A DNA stretch of 64,000 nt from Deltaproteobacteria bacterium (GCA_040218735.1 JAVJQW010000042.1:224001-288000); one strand, 5' to 3'; counted from the stretch's first letter, positions 46,735 through 56,583 are shown. Translations and numbers: made by a program. Notes: generated by a model not told the origin, from the sequence alone.

Positions 46735-48267
46735 ATGCCGCGGCTCGATCCCAACTTCTCCCGCGTCGAAGATCCGCGCGGTACCGAGCAGATGCTCCGC
46801 GCGCTCGAAGCAAACGGGCCCGAGGCGAGACACGGACCCGGGCGTCGTCGCTTCTCGCTCTACGGCGCCTCGTTCGAAGTCGATCGCGGCGAGGATGCGC
46901 TGGCTGCCGCCGAGTCCGCGCGTGTCTACAGCACGAACCAACGGCGACACCCACGCGTTCCACTGAATGGACGCGTGAGGTTCGGTCCCAAGGGGCCGGT
47001 CGCGGGCCTGATCGACATCAACGCCGATGGCTTCGCCGCGCGCGTCCACCCCGCCGCTCGACACCGCATCCCCGGCTACGCGTGGGTCGAGATCGTCCTG
47101 GGTCGCGACGTGATCGCCGGCTACGCGCGACTACGTCGAACGGAAGAACGGCAGCACCACATCGTGCTGGGCTTCGAGCTGGAACCGGAGCACGAACGCG
47201 TCGACGTCGTTCGCAACATCCTCGAACACGCCTTCCCGTCGATCATCCCGCGCGCGGATCTCCCGCCGAACGCCGTGTCTCGGTTGCTGATGGAGAGTGG
47301 CTACCTCGACCTGTGCGAAGACGGAGGTCTCCCGGAGGCGTGGCTCGCCTTTCGGGATCCGCGTTCGTTCGATCTCGTCGCCGTGGGGGACGACGCAACC
47401 CCGGTTGCACACCTGTCGATCACGAAGGCCTTCTCGACGACGTGGGTAGCGCACCAACTCGCGTCGCGCTCGACGCACAACGAGAGCTTCTGGAGTTGGT
47501 ATCAGCTCCACCGCTACCTCGCGTGCCTCCCCGCGATGATGGACGGAGCGAACGCGCACGTCGTCGCCTACTACAACCCTTCGCAGCCGTACCATCAGCG
47601 CTACCTGCGCGCGTTCGGCGGATGGATGCGCTCCGAAGACGACGTCGTCATCGCGCAAGCCAACATGTTCCACCTGGACGCCGCCTCCGACGACGTCGCG
47701 GCGCCTGAGTCCCTCGATGAGTGGTCCGTCAGCCTGCTCACGTCCCACGACCGCGAGGCGGCGCACCGCATCGCGATGCAGAACATGCGACCCCTCGTCG
47801 CACGTGCGTTCGACATCACGCCTTCCACGCTGGAGACCGCCGATCTCACCCGGTCCACCGGCGACCTCGAACGTGCGCGTCGCGTCTTCGTCCTGCGCCG
47901 CCGCGGGGAAGTGCTCGCGATTGCGCTGTGCGAACGTGGTCACTCCGCGATCTCGATCTTCGGTCTGTTCGACCTCGTCTACGTGTTGCCGTCACGTGAC
48001 GGCCTCGTCGTCCCGCAGCGTGCGATCGGCATGCTGATGGAAGCGGCCCGCGGCTTCTACCGCACCGAGGGCGTCGACCGAGCGCTCGTGTTCGCGCCGG
48101 TCGGCTACATGATCTCCGAAGCACACCCCGCGCTCGAGTACTCGCACGTGGTGGAGCGCTTCATCATGGGGGGCCACGCCCTCCGTCACTATGAGAACTT
48201 CGTCCGCTACACGTTCGGGCGAGCCGCGCGAGCGGTGAAAAGGAAGATGAAATGGAAGGAACGATGA
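46735..48267 (+). CDS. PilZ-domain protein with uncharacterised (possibly GNAT-like) C-terminal region, copy 2
   Basis: RRHPRVP and DINADGF; aligns end to end with 45037..46572 from ATG 46735. Confidence 0.65.
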   Translation: MPRLDPNFSRVEDPRGTEQMLRALEANGPEARHGPGRRRFSLYGASFEVDRGEDALAAAESARVYSTNQRRHPRVPLNGRVRFGPKGPVAGLIDINADGFAARVHPAARHRIPGYAWVEIVLGRDVIAGYARLRRTEERQHHIVLGFELEPEHERVDVVRNILEHAFPSIIPRADLPPNAVSRLLMESGYLDLCEDGGLPEAWLAFRDPRSFDLVAVGDDATPVAHLSITKAFSTTWVAHQLASRSTHNESFWSWYQLHRYLACLPAMMDGANAHVVAYYNPSQPYHQRYLRAFGGWMRSEDDVVIAQANMFHLDAASDDVAAPESLDEWSVSLLTSHDREAAHRIAMQNMRPLVARAFDITPSTLETADLTRSTGDLERARRVFVLRRRGEVLAIALCERGHSAISIFGLFDLVYVLPSRDGLVVPQRAIGMLMEAARGFYRTEGVDRALVFAPVGYMISEAHPALEYSHVVERFIMGGHALRHYENFVRYTFGRAARAVKRKMKWKER

Positions 48268-48995
48268 TCGAAGCCTACGCCGCGCGGGTCGCGGGGGTGC
48301 GCGAGCGCCTGCGAAGCTGCGCGACGACGAAACGCCTTTGCGATCCCGACCTCGACCCCGACGTGTTCCTGCGTTGGCTGATCGAGTTCAGCTCCTACGG
48401 CGTGCAGAACACCAAGCCGGTCGTCCGCTGGATGACGCAGGCCGGTGAGCACATGATGGCGCAGGGTTTCGAGGAGATCGGCGCCGCGTTCAAGGCCCAC
48501 GGCAAACACGAAGGTGGGCACGACGAGCTGATGGTCGCCGACACGCACCGCCTCGTCGCGCGTTGGAACGCCAAACACGGCGACAGCCTCGACGCCGAGG
48601 CGCTGATCAACCGCCCGCCGACGCCGTCCGTTCAGCTCTACGTCGACCTCCACGAAGACCTCGCCGCCGGCGATCGCCCTTGGCGCAACCTCGCCATCGC
48701 GAGGGAGATCGAAGGCGTCGCAACGACGATCGGCCCGATGGTCCTCGACCAGTGCCGCCGCGTCCTCGGCGAGGAGGGCATGAAGGAAGTCAGCTTCATC
48801 GTCGACCACGTCGAGCTCGACGTCGGCCACACGGCCTCCGACGACAAGATGATCGACCGCCTCCTCACGAAGCGTCCGGAGCTTCTCGACGAGATGGCCG
48901 AGCGCGGCGAGGTCACCCTCGACGCTTACATCGGCTTCCTCGAGGAGTGTTTCATCGAGGCGGACGCCTGGGTCGAACGCCAGCGCGCCGCGTGA
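48264..48995 (+). CDS. Heme-oxygenase-like diiron enzyme (iron-containing redox enzyme/HDO family)
   Basis: HEGGH, EIEG and HVELDVGH metal-ligand motifs in an all-helical protein; ATGA overlap. Confidence 0.7.
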   Translation: MIEAYAARVAGVRERLRSCATTKRLCDPDLDPDVFLRWLIEFSSYGVQNTKPVVRWMTQAGEHMMAQGFEEIGAAFKAHGKHEGGHDELMVADTHRLVARWNAKHGDSLDAEALINRPPTPSVQLYVDLHEDLAAGDRPWRNLAIAREIEGVATTIGPMVLDQCRRVLGEEGMKEVSFIVDHVELDVGHTASDDKMIDRLLTKRPELLDEMAERGEVTLDAYIGFLEECFIEADAWVERQRAA

Positions 48996-49002
48996 CCCGC
49001 GC

Positions 49003-49926
49003 CTAAGCCAGTCGCGTCGAGCGGAGCGCGTCTTCGATGGCGACGCTCGGCGCGAAGTCGAACGTCTCGCGGATCTTCGCGTCGGAGATCACGCACGGGT
49101 ACATGAAGAAGTTCACCATGTACGGCGGTAGCGCGCGCGACATGAGCCCCGCCATCTTCAGGTACGTGATCGCGGCCGTCGACGGGATCGGGATCTGCTG
49201 CATCCCCACCACGTCGAGCGCCGTGCGCCACGGCAGCGTGCCCTGGCCGACGACGTTGTAGATCCCGACCGCCTCCCCCGCCGCCACCGCGACGAGCGCG
49301 TCCACGAGATCGTTCTCGTGGATGAACTGCACCATCGGATCGAAGCCCATCATCACCGGCCCGCGCTTCGACCTCAGGAAGTTGCTCATCGCGTTCTTGA
49401 TGTTCGGGCCGATGACGTTGGTCGGGCGGAGAATCGCCGTCTTGCACTCGGGGTGCTGGTAGGTCCACGTGATGGCCTGGTTGTCGAGCTGGATGGCGTC
49501 GCCGATCTGCGGCGACTCCATTCCGGCGCGCAGCGGCTCGTCCTCGTAGATCGGGATGTGGTTGTGCGGGTGCGCGCCGTAGATGTGGAACGTGGAGAGC
49601 ACGACCATGCGCTTGGCGCCGTAGCGGCCCGCGAGGTCCATCACCTTGCGGCTCCCGATGACGTTGAGGTCGAAGCGCTTCTTGATCGTCTGCTTGAGGT
49701 TTCCGACGCGCCCGAGGTGCAGCACGTGGGACGGCGGGTGGCGCCGGAAGACGTCCTCGATCTTCGTCTTGTTGTAGTTGGCCTGGTAGACGTGGTCGAC
49801 GAACGGGAGCTCGCTCCGCATCGGTCGGTAGTCCACGCCGACGACCTTGTAGCCTTCCTCTTTCAGCCGGCGTGCGACGAGGCCGGCGAGGCCGCCGGCG
49901 ATCCCGGTGACGATCGCAGTCTTCAT
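49003..49926 (-). CDS. NAD-dependent epimerase/dehydratase (extended SDR)
   Basis: VTGIAGGLA, LSTFHIYGA, LRPTNVIGP, GFDPMVQFIHENDL. Confidence 0.85.
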   Translation of the reverse strand: MKTAIVTGIAGGLAGLVARRLKEEGYKVVGVDYRPMRSELPFVDHVYQANYNKTKIEDVFRRHPPSHVLHLGRVGNLKQTIKKRFDLNVIGSRKVMDLAGRYGAKRMVVLSTFHIYGAHPHNHIPIYEDEPLRAGMESPQIGDAIQLDNQAITWTYQHPECKTAILRPTNVIGPNIKNAMSNFLRSKRGPVMMGFDPMVQFIHENDLVDALVAVAAGEAVGIYNVVGQGTLPWRTALDVVGMQQIPIPSTAAITYLKMAGLMSRALPPYMVNFFMYPCVISDAKIRETFDFAPSVAIEDALRSTRLA

Positions 49927-49936
49927 CCGTGGGCCC

Positions 49937-50767
49937 TCAGAAGATCGACGGCCGCTCCTGCCGTCGGTGGTCGATCATCGACTGAATGCGATCCATGACG
50001 TCGCGGACCTTCTTGTCGATCACCTCGTCCTCGTCGTCGAACGGGCCTTCGAAGTGCATCGGCTCGCCGAAGTCGATGTAGAACTTCGTCGGCAGCGGGA
50101 TGTACGCGAGCGGCCCGAGGATCGGGAGCAGCGGGTGGATCGGGAAGTACGGCGTGCCGAGCAGATCCGCGAGGGTCTTGGCGTTGTGCACGCTGACGAT
50201 CGACTCCTCCGCGCCGACGACGGACACCGGAACGATCGGCGCGTTGGTCTGGAGCGCGAGCCGCATGAAGCCGCGCCCGAACGGGACGAGTCGATACCGG
50301 TGGTCCCAGGTCTTGCCGCTGCCGCGTGCGCCCTCCGGGAAGACGAGGATCGCGTTCTCCTGCTCGAGCAGGTTGCGGCAGTTGATCGGGTCGCCGACGA
50401 CGACCCCCGAGCGCGAGAACATCACGTTGATGAACGGGAGCGTCGGGAACCAGCGCTCGGCCATCGCGCGCGCGAGGCGCGGCGGTTTGCCTTCGAGGAC
50501 ACACGCCATCCCGACCACGAGGCCGTCCATCGGGAGCTGGCCGGAGTGGTTCGGTACGAGGAGCACGCGCCCCTCCGGTATGTTCTCGATGCCGCGGATC
50601 TCGGGGTGGAAGTAGCGGTAGAGGAAGTACGCGAGCTTGGTGAACGGGCGGATCTCGGCGGGGTTGAAGCCCCAGGCGTCGTAGCCGGGGTTGTCGGCGA
50701 CGAGTGCGTCGATCGCCGCGTCGAGCTTCGGATTCTCGAGCCACTTCGCGAGCCGGTCGCGGATCAT
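49937..50767 (-). CDS. Lysophospholipid/glycerol acyltransferase (PlsC family)
   Basis: PNHSGQLPMD, VFPEGARG, APIVPVSVVGAEE. Confidence 0.9.
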   Translation of the reverse strand: MIRDRLAKWLENPKLDAAIDALVADNPGYDAWGFNPAEIRPFTKLAYFLYRYFHPEIRGIENIPEGRVLLVPNHSGQLPMDGLVVGMACVLEGKPPRLARAMAERWFPTLPFINVMFSRSGVVVGDPINCRNLLEQENAILVFPEGARGSGKTWDHRYRLVPFGRGFMRLALQTNAPIVPVSVVGAEESIVSVHNAKTLADLLGTPYFPIHPLLPILGPLAYIPLPTKFYIDFGEPMHFEGPFDDEDEVIDKKVRDVMDRIQSMIDHRRQERPSIF

Positions 50768-50806
50768 CGGCGCGCATGATGGCACACAACGTGGCATCGT
50801 TGGGGC

Positions 50807-51331
50807 GTGGCGCGGTTGTTTGTGGCGATCGTTCCGCCGGACGACGTGAAGGACGCGGCGGCCGCCTTTCCCGCGTCCGAGCCCGGTGTCCGCCTCGCGC
50901 GCCGCGAGCAGCTGCACGTGACGCTGCGCTTCGCCAGTGAGTTCCCGGACGAGCGAATCGCGTCGTTGAAGGAGCGCCTCCGGAGGATCGAGCATCCCGC
51001 CTTCGCGCTGACGGTCGGACCGTGGGGACGCTTCGGTCATCGCACCGCGTGGCTCGGCGTCGCCCCGGAGGCGCCGGTGATCGCGCTCGCCGACGCGGTC
51101 GACGCCGCCTTCCGCGCCGAAGGAACGCCGCGGCGTGAGTTGCCGTTTCGTCCGCACCTGACGGTGGCGCGTTTGACGAAGCTGTCGCCCGTGAAGGCGC
51201 GGCAACTCTTGGAGTCCGCGCCGCCGTTGCCCGAGCTTCGGTGGGACGTCGGCGCGTTCGTGCTGGTGCAGAGCACGTTGTCACCCGACGGCGCGACGCA
51301 CACGCCACTGCTCGAGGTGCCCTTGCGATGA
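50807..51331 (+). CDS. thpR: RNA 2',3'-cyclic phosphodiesterase (2H family)
   Basis: RLFVAI, HVTLRF and PHLTVAR 2H motifs. Confidence 0.9.
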   Translation: MARLFVAIVPPDDVKDAAAAFPASEPGVRLARREQLHVTLRFASEFPDERIASLKERLRRIEHPAFALTVGPWGRFGHRTAWLGVAPEAPVIALADAVDAAFRAEGTPRRELPFRPHLTVARLTKLSPVKARQLLESAPPLPELRWDVGAFVLVQSTLSPDGATHTPLLEVPLR

Positions 51332-52089
51332 AGGCGCTCGTTCGCCGTCGTCAGGACGAGCTCCCCAAGGCGTTGCGGGTGCGGATGCCCTTCGTCGTGG
51401 AGCGCGAATTCGCGCCGCCGCCGGTGCTCCCGGAGATCCTTCGCAAGGCGGCTTACGCTCTGTCGGGTGCGTTCGTCACGGGGCTGGTGTTGCTCATGAC
51501 TTCGCCGCTTCGTTACGGCCGCTACGGGTCGATTCTGCTGATGGTGGGGGCCGGGTGTGTCGGCCTGGGTTTCGTCGCGCGGAGCCTGCGCGCGCTCCCG
51601 CGCGTCGCGGTCGGGAGCGCGCGGGCCTGGGAGCGGGACTACCTCACGCTCGAGGCGAAGCCGATCGCGTCGTTGCTCGGCGAGGACGAGTACGTCCTCG
51701 ACTACTGCGCGGTCTCGGGAGACCGCGCCGGCCGCTTCGGGCGAACGCGCATCTACATGCTCACGAGCTTCCGCGTCCTCGAGATCGGGGGCACGGGTCG
51801 GCGGCTCCGCGTGACGCAGAGCCTCGCGCTCCGCGGCCTGCGTTCGGTCGAGGTCGACCGCGCGCGGACCGGCATCCTCACGCTCGAAGCCGTCGAGTCC
51901 CAGCGCGACGTCACCCTCGCGTTCCCTTCCCTGACCGAGGCCTACCTCGCACGCGACGCGATCCGCGAAGCCCGACGCAACGTCCCCGTCGCCGAGCCGG
52001 GCGCGCTCGCTGTCGTCGAAGCCGAAGGCGTCGGAGCCCTCGCGCTCGCCGATGCCTCGGGGCTCGCGCTCTCCGAGGAGGACACGTGA
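51328..52089 (+). CDS. Membrane protein with putative PH-like domain, paralogue 1
   Basis: Two TM helices, EDEYVLDYCAV...YMLTSFRVL, GALA-rich tail. Confidence 0.6.
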   Translation: MKALVRRRQDELPKALRVRMPFVVEREFAPPPVLPEILRKAAYALSGAFVTGLVLLMTSPLRYGRYGSILLMVGAGCVGLGFVARSLRALPRVAVGSARAWERDYLTLEAKPIASLLGEDEYVLDYCAVSGDRAGRFGRTRIYMLTSFRVLEIGGTGRRLRVTQSLALRGLRSVEVDRARTGILTLEAVESQRDVTLAFPSLTEAYLARDAIREARRNVPVAEPGALAVVEAEGVGALALADASGLALSEEDT

Positions 52090-52877
52090 CCGACGCGTTC
52101 ACCGAGCCCACGAACGTGGCCCTCGCGAAGCGGCTCGCGCTCGTGGTGCGGCGCGAGAACGTCGACGTCCCGAAGGGCGTCGCGCAGCTGCAGAAGGTTG
52201 CGATCGGGACGGTCGGGGTCTTCGTCGTCGGGATGGCGGCGCTGTTCGGGCTGCCCGAGCTCCTCCACCCCATCGCGCCGTACGTCGGCGCGTCGGGGGT
52301 CGTCGCGATCGTGCTGGGCGTCGTCGCCGTGAACACCACGCGGAGGAACGGCGCGGCGGTGCGGCGCGCGCGCGATTGGGAGGCGCACTTCATCCGTACC
52401 CACGGTGCCGGCCTCCTGGAGCGGCTCGGCGCGCACGAGCGAGTGCTCGACTACTGCGCCGTCGTCCGGGGCGACGCGCGCCGGTACGCCCCCTTCGGTC
52501 TCTTCGTTCTCACCAACGCGCGGCTCCTCGTGTTCGTCGGGACCTCGCGTCTGTCCGTCGACACCAACATCGCCCTGCGTACGGTGCAGAGCCTCTACGC
52601 CGGTCCCCTGGGCACCCTGGAGGACGCGGGTGACTTCCTCGACCTCAAGCGCGGCACCGGGATGCTGGCCATCGAACACGGTGTCCGCCGACGCCTCGTG
52701 CTCCTCTTCCCGACCCCCGGCGAGGCCCAAACGGCCTACGACGTCATCCTCGAGGTCCAGCGAAACGCCCCCGTCGCCGAGCGGGGTGCGCTGGCGATCG
52801 CGGAGCCGGACGGCGCCGGTGAGCTGGCGCTCGTGGACGCCCCCGGCCTCGCCGTCGTCGACGACGAAGACCCCTAG
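52086..52877 (+). CDS. Membrane protein with putative PH-like domain, paralogue 2
   Basis: Two TM helices, HERVLDYCAV...FVLTNARLL, same C-terminal tail; GTGA overlap. Confidence 0.6.
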   Translation: MTDAFTEPTNVALAKRLALVVRRENVDVPKGVAQLQKVAIGTVGVFVVGMAALFGLPELLHPIAPYVGASGVVAIVLGVVAVNTTRRNGAAVRRARDWEAHFIRTHGAGLLERLGAHERVLDYCAVVRGDARRYAPFGLFVLTNARLLVFVGTSRLSVDTNIALRTVQSLYAGPLGTLEDAGDFLDLKRGTGMLAIEHGVRRRLVLLFPTPGEAQTAYDVILEVQRNAPVAERGALAIAEPDGAGELALVDAPGLAVVDDEDP

Positions 52878-52941
52878 GCCACCGAAACGACACCGAGCTC
52901 GACGCACCGGTCACGCCATCTCGCCGATAACCAGCGCCACT

Positions 52942-53778
52942 ATGTCCCAGGTCATCGGCGGCGCCGGGCGCGTCAAAGGGTTCGTCTTCGAGACGCCGTC
53001 GGGCGAGCGGCGCCTCTCGGCGACCGTGGACTTCGACGATCGCGCGGTCTGGGCGCGCCGCTCGGACTTCGACGGGCGCGAGGTCGTCACCGTCGAGGCC
53101 CCGGGAGCGAACGGACCCTGGCGCTCCATTCCCACGACGTACCGCGGGACCAGCCCCTCGCTGCGGGATCTGCACGCCGCCACCGTGGACCTCGGGCGCG
53201 CCGGCATCGACGTCGCGTCGCTCCTCCGCTACGGCCTCGCCGCGACCGCCACGGTCCGCGGCCCGATCCGCGGTGCGGAGATCGTTCATCTCCAGCGCTA
53301 CGCCGACAACGCGCGGGTCTACGACGTCGGGCGCGTCGACGACCACGGAATCGCGTTCGCCGGGCGCCCCGCGATGAACCGCATCAGCGGAACGCATCAC
53401 ATGCGCCAGCCGCTCTTCGACGGCACGCGCGTCGGGTTCTCGTCACGTGACTTCGGCGTCCCCGCGAACCTCCGGTTCGAGATGGACGTGTTCGCGCCGG
53501 CCGTCACCCCGCACTACGGCCTGAGCGACGCCGACAAGGCCCAGGCGATCCGCGACATGAACCTACGCGTCGAGTCGCCGTTCGTGCCCGGCGGCTCGCA
53601 GCCCCTGCAGTACGTGAACAACGTCGGCCCCCAGGGCAACGACTTCCGCGTGATGTTCCAGCTCGCGGATCCGAACCTCCTCCAGAACGGCGGCCCGCGC
53701 ACCGGCGAGTATCCGGTGCGTCTGATGGCCGGCGATCGGCAGGTCGCGAGCTTCACCCTGGACTGGCGCAACGGCTGA
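52942..53778 (+). CDS. Hypothetical protein
   Basis: Good codon bias from ATG 52942; no confident family. Confidence 0.6.
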   Translation: MSQVIGGAGRVKGFVFETPSGERRLSATVDFDDRAVWARRSDFDGREVVTVEAPGANGPWRSIPTTYRGTSPSLRDLHAATVDLGRAGIDVASLLRYGLAATATVRGPIRGAEIVHLQRYADNARVYDVGRVDDHGIAFAGRPAMNRISGTHHMRQPLFDGTRVGFSSRDFGVPANLRFEMDVFAPAVTPHYGLSDADKAQAIRDMNLRVESPFVPGGSQPLQYVNNVGPQGNDFRVMFQLADPNLLQNGGPRTGEYPVRLMAGDRQVASFTLDWRNG

Positions 53779-54439
53779 GTCGTCGCTCCCGCAAGGGAAC
53801 TTGCACGGGGCGGACCTCGCCGTCGATCACATCGAACACCGTCGGGTCGCGTTCACACTCCCACGTCGTCACGTTCAGGAACCACGTCGAGCCGTTGGTC
53901 CACGCGCCGCCGTCCTGATGGATGTGCCCGAACAGGTGTGCGCGCGGCTTCGTGCGCTGAACGGCGGTGAGCAGCTCCTCACACCCGGTGCGCCCCGCCA
54001 TCGAGACGCGGTCCCCGATCCCGAACGGTGGGCCGTGGGTGATCAACACGTGCAGGTCGTTCGGGATCCGATCCCACTTCGCGGCGAGCGCGTCCCCGCG
54101 CGGGAGGTTGAACGCCCAGCCGCCGAACTCCGGCTGCCACGGGCTCCCCCAGAAGCGCACGCCGTCGAGTGTGCACCCCGAGTCCTGCAGGTAGATCACC
54201 TCCGGACCGAGGACCGCCTCCGCCTGTTTGCGTTCGCGCGCGAAGCACCAGTCGTGGTTCCCGGAGACGACGATCTTGTGCCGGTGCGGGAGCGCGCGGA
54301 TCCACCGCGCGACGCCCTCCAGCTCTTCGAGCGTCCCGGCGCGGATGAGATCGCCGGCGTGCACGAACACGTCGCCGTCCGGGACGTCGGCGAGGTCGTC
54401 TTCGAACGTGTGGGTGTCCGCGACGGCGACGATGCGCAC
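53753..54439 (-). CDS. Calcineurin-like metallophosphoesterase (MPPED/239FB-like)
   Basis: ADTH, HAGD, SGNHD, ITHGPP, FGHIH. Confidence 0.9.
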   Translation of the reverse strand: MRIVAVADTHTFEDDLADVPDGDVFVHAGDLIRAGTLEELEGVARWIRALPHRHKIVVSGNHDWCFARERKQAEAVLGPEVIYLQDSGCTLDGVRFWGSPWQPEFGGWAFNLPRGDALAAKWDRIPNDLHVLITHGPPFGIGDRVSMAGRTGCEELLTAVQRTKPRAHLFGHIHQDGGAWTNGSTWFLNVTTWECERDPTVFDVIDGEVRPVQVPLRERRLSRCASPG

Positions 54440-54443
54440 TTGT

Positions 54444-55268
54444 CTATAGTAGCGCGTCGAAGTCGGAGGCGGAGTGCCGTTCCGCCAGCCCGTGGTCCTT
54501 ACGGTTCACGCGCCGTCCGCGCCGAACGGCGGGGCGCTCCGCGACCTGGTCGGCCCAGCGGATGACGTGTTCGTAGCCCGCGACGTCCAGGAACTCCGCG
54601 GCGTCGTACACCTTCCCCTTCACGAGCCCGCCGTACCAAGGCCAGATCGCCATGTCCGCGATCGAGTACTCCGCGCCCGCGAAGTACTCGTTCTCGGCGA
54701 GGTGACGGTCGAGCACGTCGAGCTGCCGTTTGGCCTCCATCGCGTAGCGGTCGATCGGGTACTGGAGCTTCTCCGGCGCGTACCGGTAGAAGTGCCCGAA
54801 CCCGCCGCCGATGAACGGCCCCGCGCCCATCTGCCAGAACAGCCAGTTGAGGCACTCGGTGCGTCGGTCCTTCGGGATGAACGCGTCGAACTTCTCGGCG
54901 AGGTACAACAGGATCGAGCCGGACTCGAACACACGCGTCGGCGGTGACGTGCTGTGGTCCATCAAGCCGGGGATCTTCGAGTTCGGGTTCACGTCGACGA
55001 AGCCGCTTCCGAACTGGTCCCCCGCGTTGATGTCGATGAGCCACGCGTCGTACTCCGCTCCCTCACGTCCGATGGCGAGGAGCTCCTCGAGCATCACCGT
55101 GACCTTCACGCCGTTGGGCGTGCCGAGTGAGTAGAGCTGCAGCGGGTGCTCGCCGATCGGGAGCTCCTTGTCGTGGGTGGCCCCGGCGATGGGGCGGTTG
55201 ATCTTCGCGAACACACCTCCGGACTCACGGTCCCAGGTCCAGACGCGGGGCGGGGTATAGGCCGACAT
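54444..55268 (-). CDS. yghU: Glutathione-dependent disulfide-bond oxidoreductase (GST Nu class)
   Basis: YTPPRVWTW...INRPIAGATHDKELP, YSLGTPNGVK, NPNSKIP, ERHSASDF. Confidence 0.92.
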   Translation of the reverse strand: MSAYTPPRVWTWDRESGGVFAKINRPIAGATHDKELPIGEHPLQLYSLGTPNGVKVTVMLEELLAIGREGAEYDAWLIDINAGDQFGSGFVDVNPNSKIPGLMDHSTSPPTRVFESGSILLYLAEKFDAFIPKDRRTECLNWLFWQMGAGPFIGGGFGHFYRYAPEKLQYPIDRYAMEAKRQLDVLDRHLAENEYFAGAEYSIADMAIWPWYGGLVKGKVYDAAEFLDVAGYEHVIRWADQVAERPAVRRGRRVNRKDHGLAERHSASDFDALL

Positions 55269-55320
55269 GTCGGCGACAACACCCCGAACGTCGATTGCCT
55301 TCCCATCCTCCAGGACGCGG

Positions 55321-56583
55321 TCAGGCGGTCGGTGCCGCGGGGAGCTCAACGCGGATCGCGAGGCCCGGATCGAGGTTTCGCGCCGTGATGTGTCCGCCGT
55401 GCAGGTCGACGACCTGCCGCGCGATCATCAGGCCCAGGCCCAGCCCCGTGGCGCTCTTCTTGCCGCCGGGGCTCCGGTAGAAGGGCTCGAAGAGGCGCGC
55501 CAGATCCTCTGGCGGGACCCCAGGGCCCTCGTCGCGAATCTCGAACGACGTCCCCTCCAACACGATCGTCACCTTCGTCCCGCGCGGCGCGTACTTGTTC
55601 GCGTTCTGCAGCAGGTTCTGCACGAGGCGGACGAGCCGAGGCCGATCCCCGCGGATGGCGCCGCCCTCACCCTCGATGGTCAGCTCGTGTTTCGGGAGGG
55701 GGTGGCGTTGGAGCGCCTCGTCGACGATGTCGCGTATATTGAGTGGAGCGCGCTCCAGCGTGCGCTCGCCGAGCTGCAAACGCGACATCTCCAGCAGCTC
55801 GCCGATCAGGCGGTCGACCTCTGCGAGGTCTTCCTCCATCGCATCGATCCGCTTCGACGGGACCTCGTGATCGCGGAGCATCTCCAGCTCCAACCGCAGC
55901 CGCGCGAGCGGCGTGCGGAGCTCGTGGGAGATGCCGGCCATCAGCTCGCGCTCGGTGCGAAGGAGGGCGTCCACGCGGTCCGCCATCTTGTTGAACGCGT
56001 GCGCCACCTCGGCGAGCTCACGGCCTCCGGTCTCCGGCAGACGGTGTGACAGATCGCCGCCCGCCATGCGCTCCATCGCGCCGACGGTGGTCCTCAGCGG
56101 ACGCGTCGCGATCGTCGCGGCGTAGATTGCAACGAGGATCACGAACCCCGCGATCGCCAGGAGCACCCAGCCCACGCGCTGTTGCGGCTGCTCGACGTCG
56201 AGGTCGCGACGCACCACCACCCAGCCGACGCTGGTCTCGACCGCCGCCGGCGCCAGGCGTCCGCGACACACGAACAAATGACGCTCGCGGTGCGTCCGCT
56301 CTTCGCACCGCGGATGAGGACGGTCGCGCCGCGGCTTTCGACGGACGAACCGCGGCGGGCGGTGTCGGACGCGGATGTCGAGGCCGAGGCGGCGCCCCAG
56401 CTCCGCGGCGTCGCCGCCCTTCTCCAGCTCGTCGGCGACGTAGGTGACTTGGTCGAGGTGGGCCTCCAGCACCTCGCGCGCGAACGGCGCGATCACCGCG
56501 CGGCGCGTGACGAACCAGGCGATGAACAGACTCGTCGCGACCGCCAACGCGAGGAGGAGCGCGAGCCGGACGCGGACGCTCAT
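55321..56583 (-). CDS. HAMP-domain sensor histidine kinase (CpxA-like)
   Basis: Two TMs, HAMP, ISHELRTPL, NLLQNANKY, DEGPG, GLGLGL. Confidence 0.93.
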   Translation of the reverse strand: MSVRVRLALLLALAVATSLFIAWFVTRRAVIAPFAREVLEAHLDQVTYVADELEKGGDAAELGRRLGLDIRVRHRPPRFVRRKPRRDRPHPRCEERTHRERHLFVCRGRLAPAAVETSVGWVVVRRDLDVEQPQQRVGWVLLAIAGFVILVAIYAATIATRPLRTTVGAMERMAGGDLSHRLPETGGRELAEVAHAFNKMADRVDALLRTERELMAGISHELRTPLARLRLELEMLRDHEVPSKRIDAMEEDLAEVDRLIGELLEMSRLQLGERTLERAPLNIRDIVDEALQRHPLPKHELTIEGEGGAIRGDRPRLVRLVQNLLQNANKYAPRGTKVTIVLEGTSFEIRDEGPGVPPEDLARLFEPFYRSPGGKKSATGLGLGLMIARQVVDLHGGHITARNLDPGLAIRVELPAAPTA

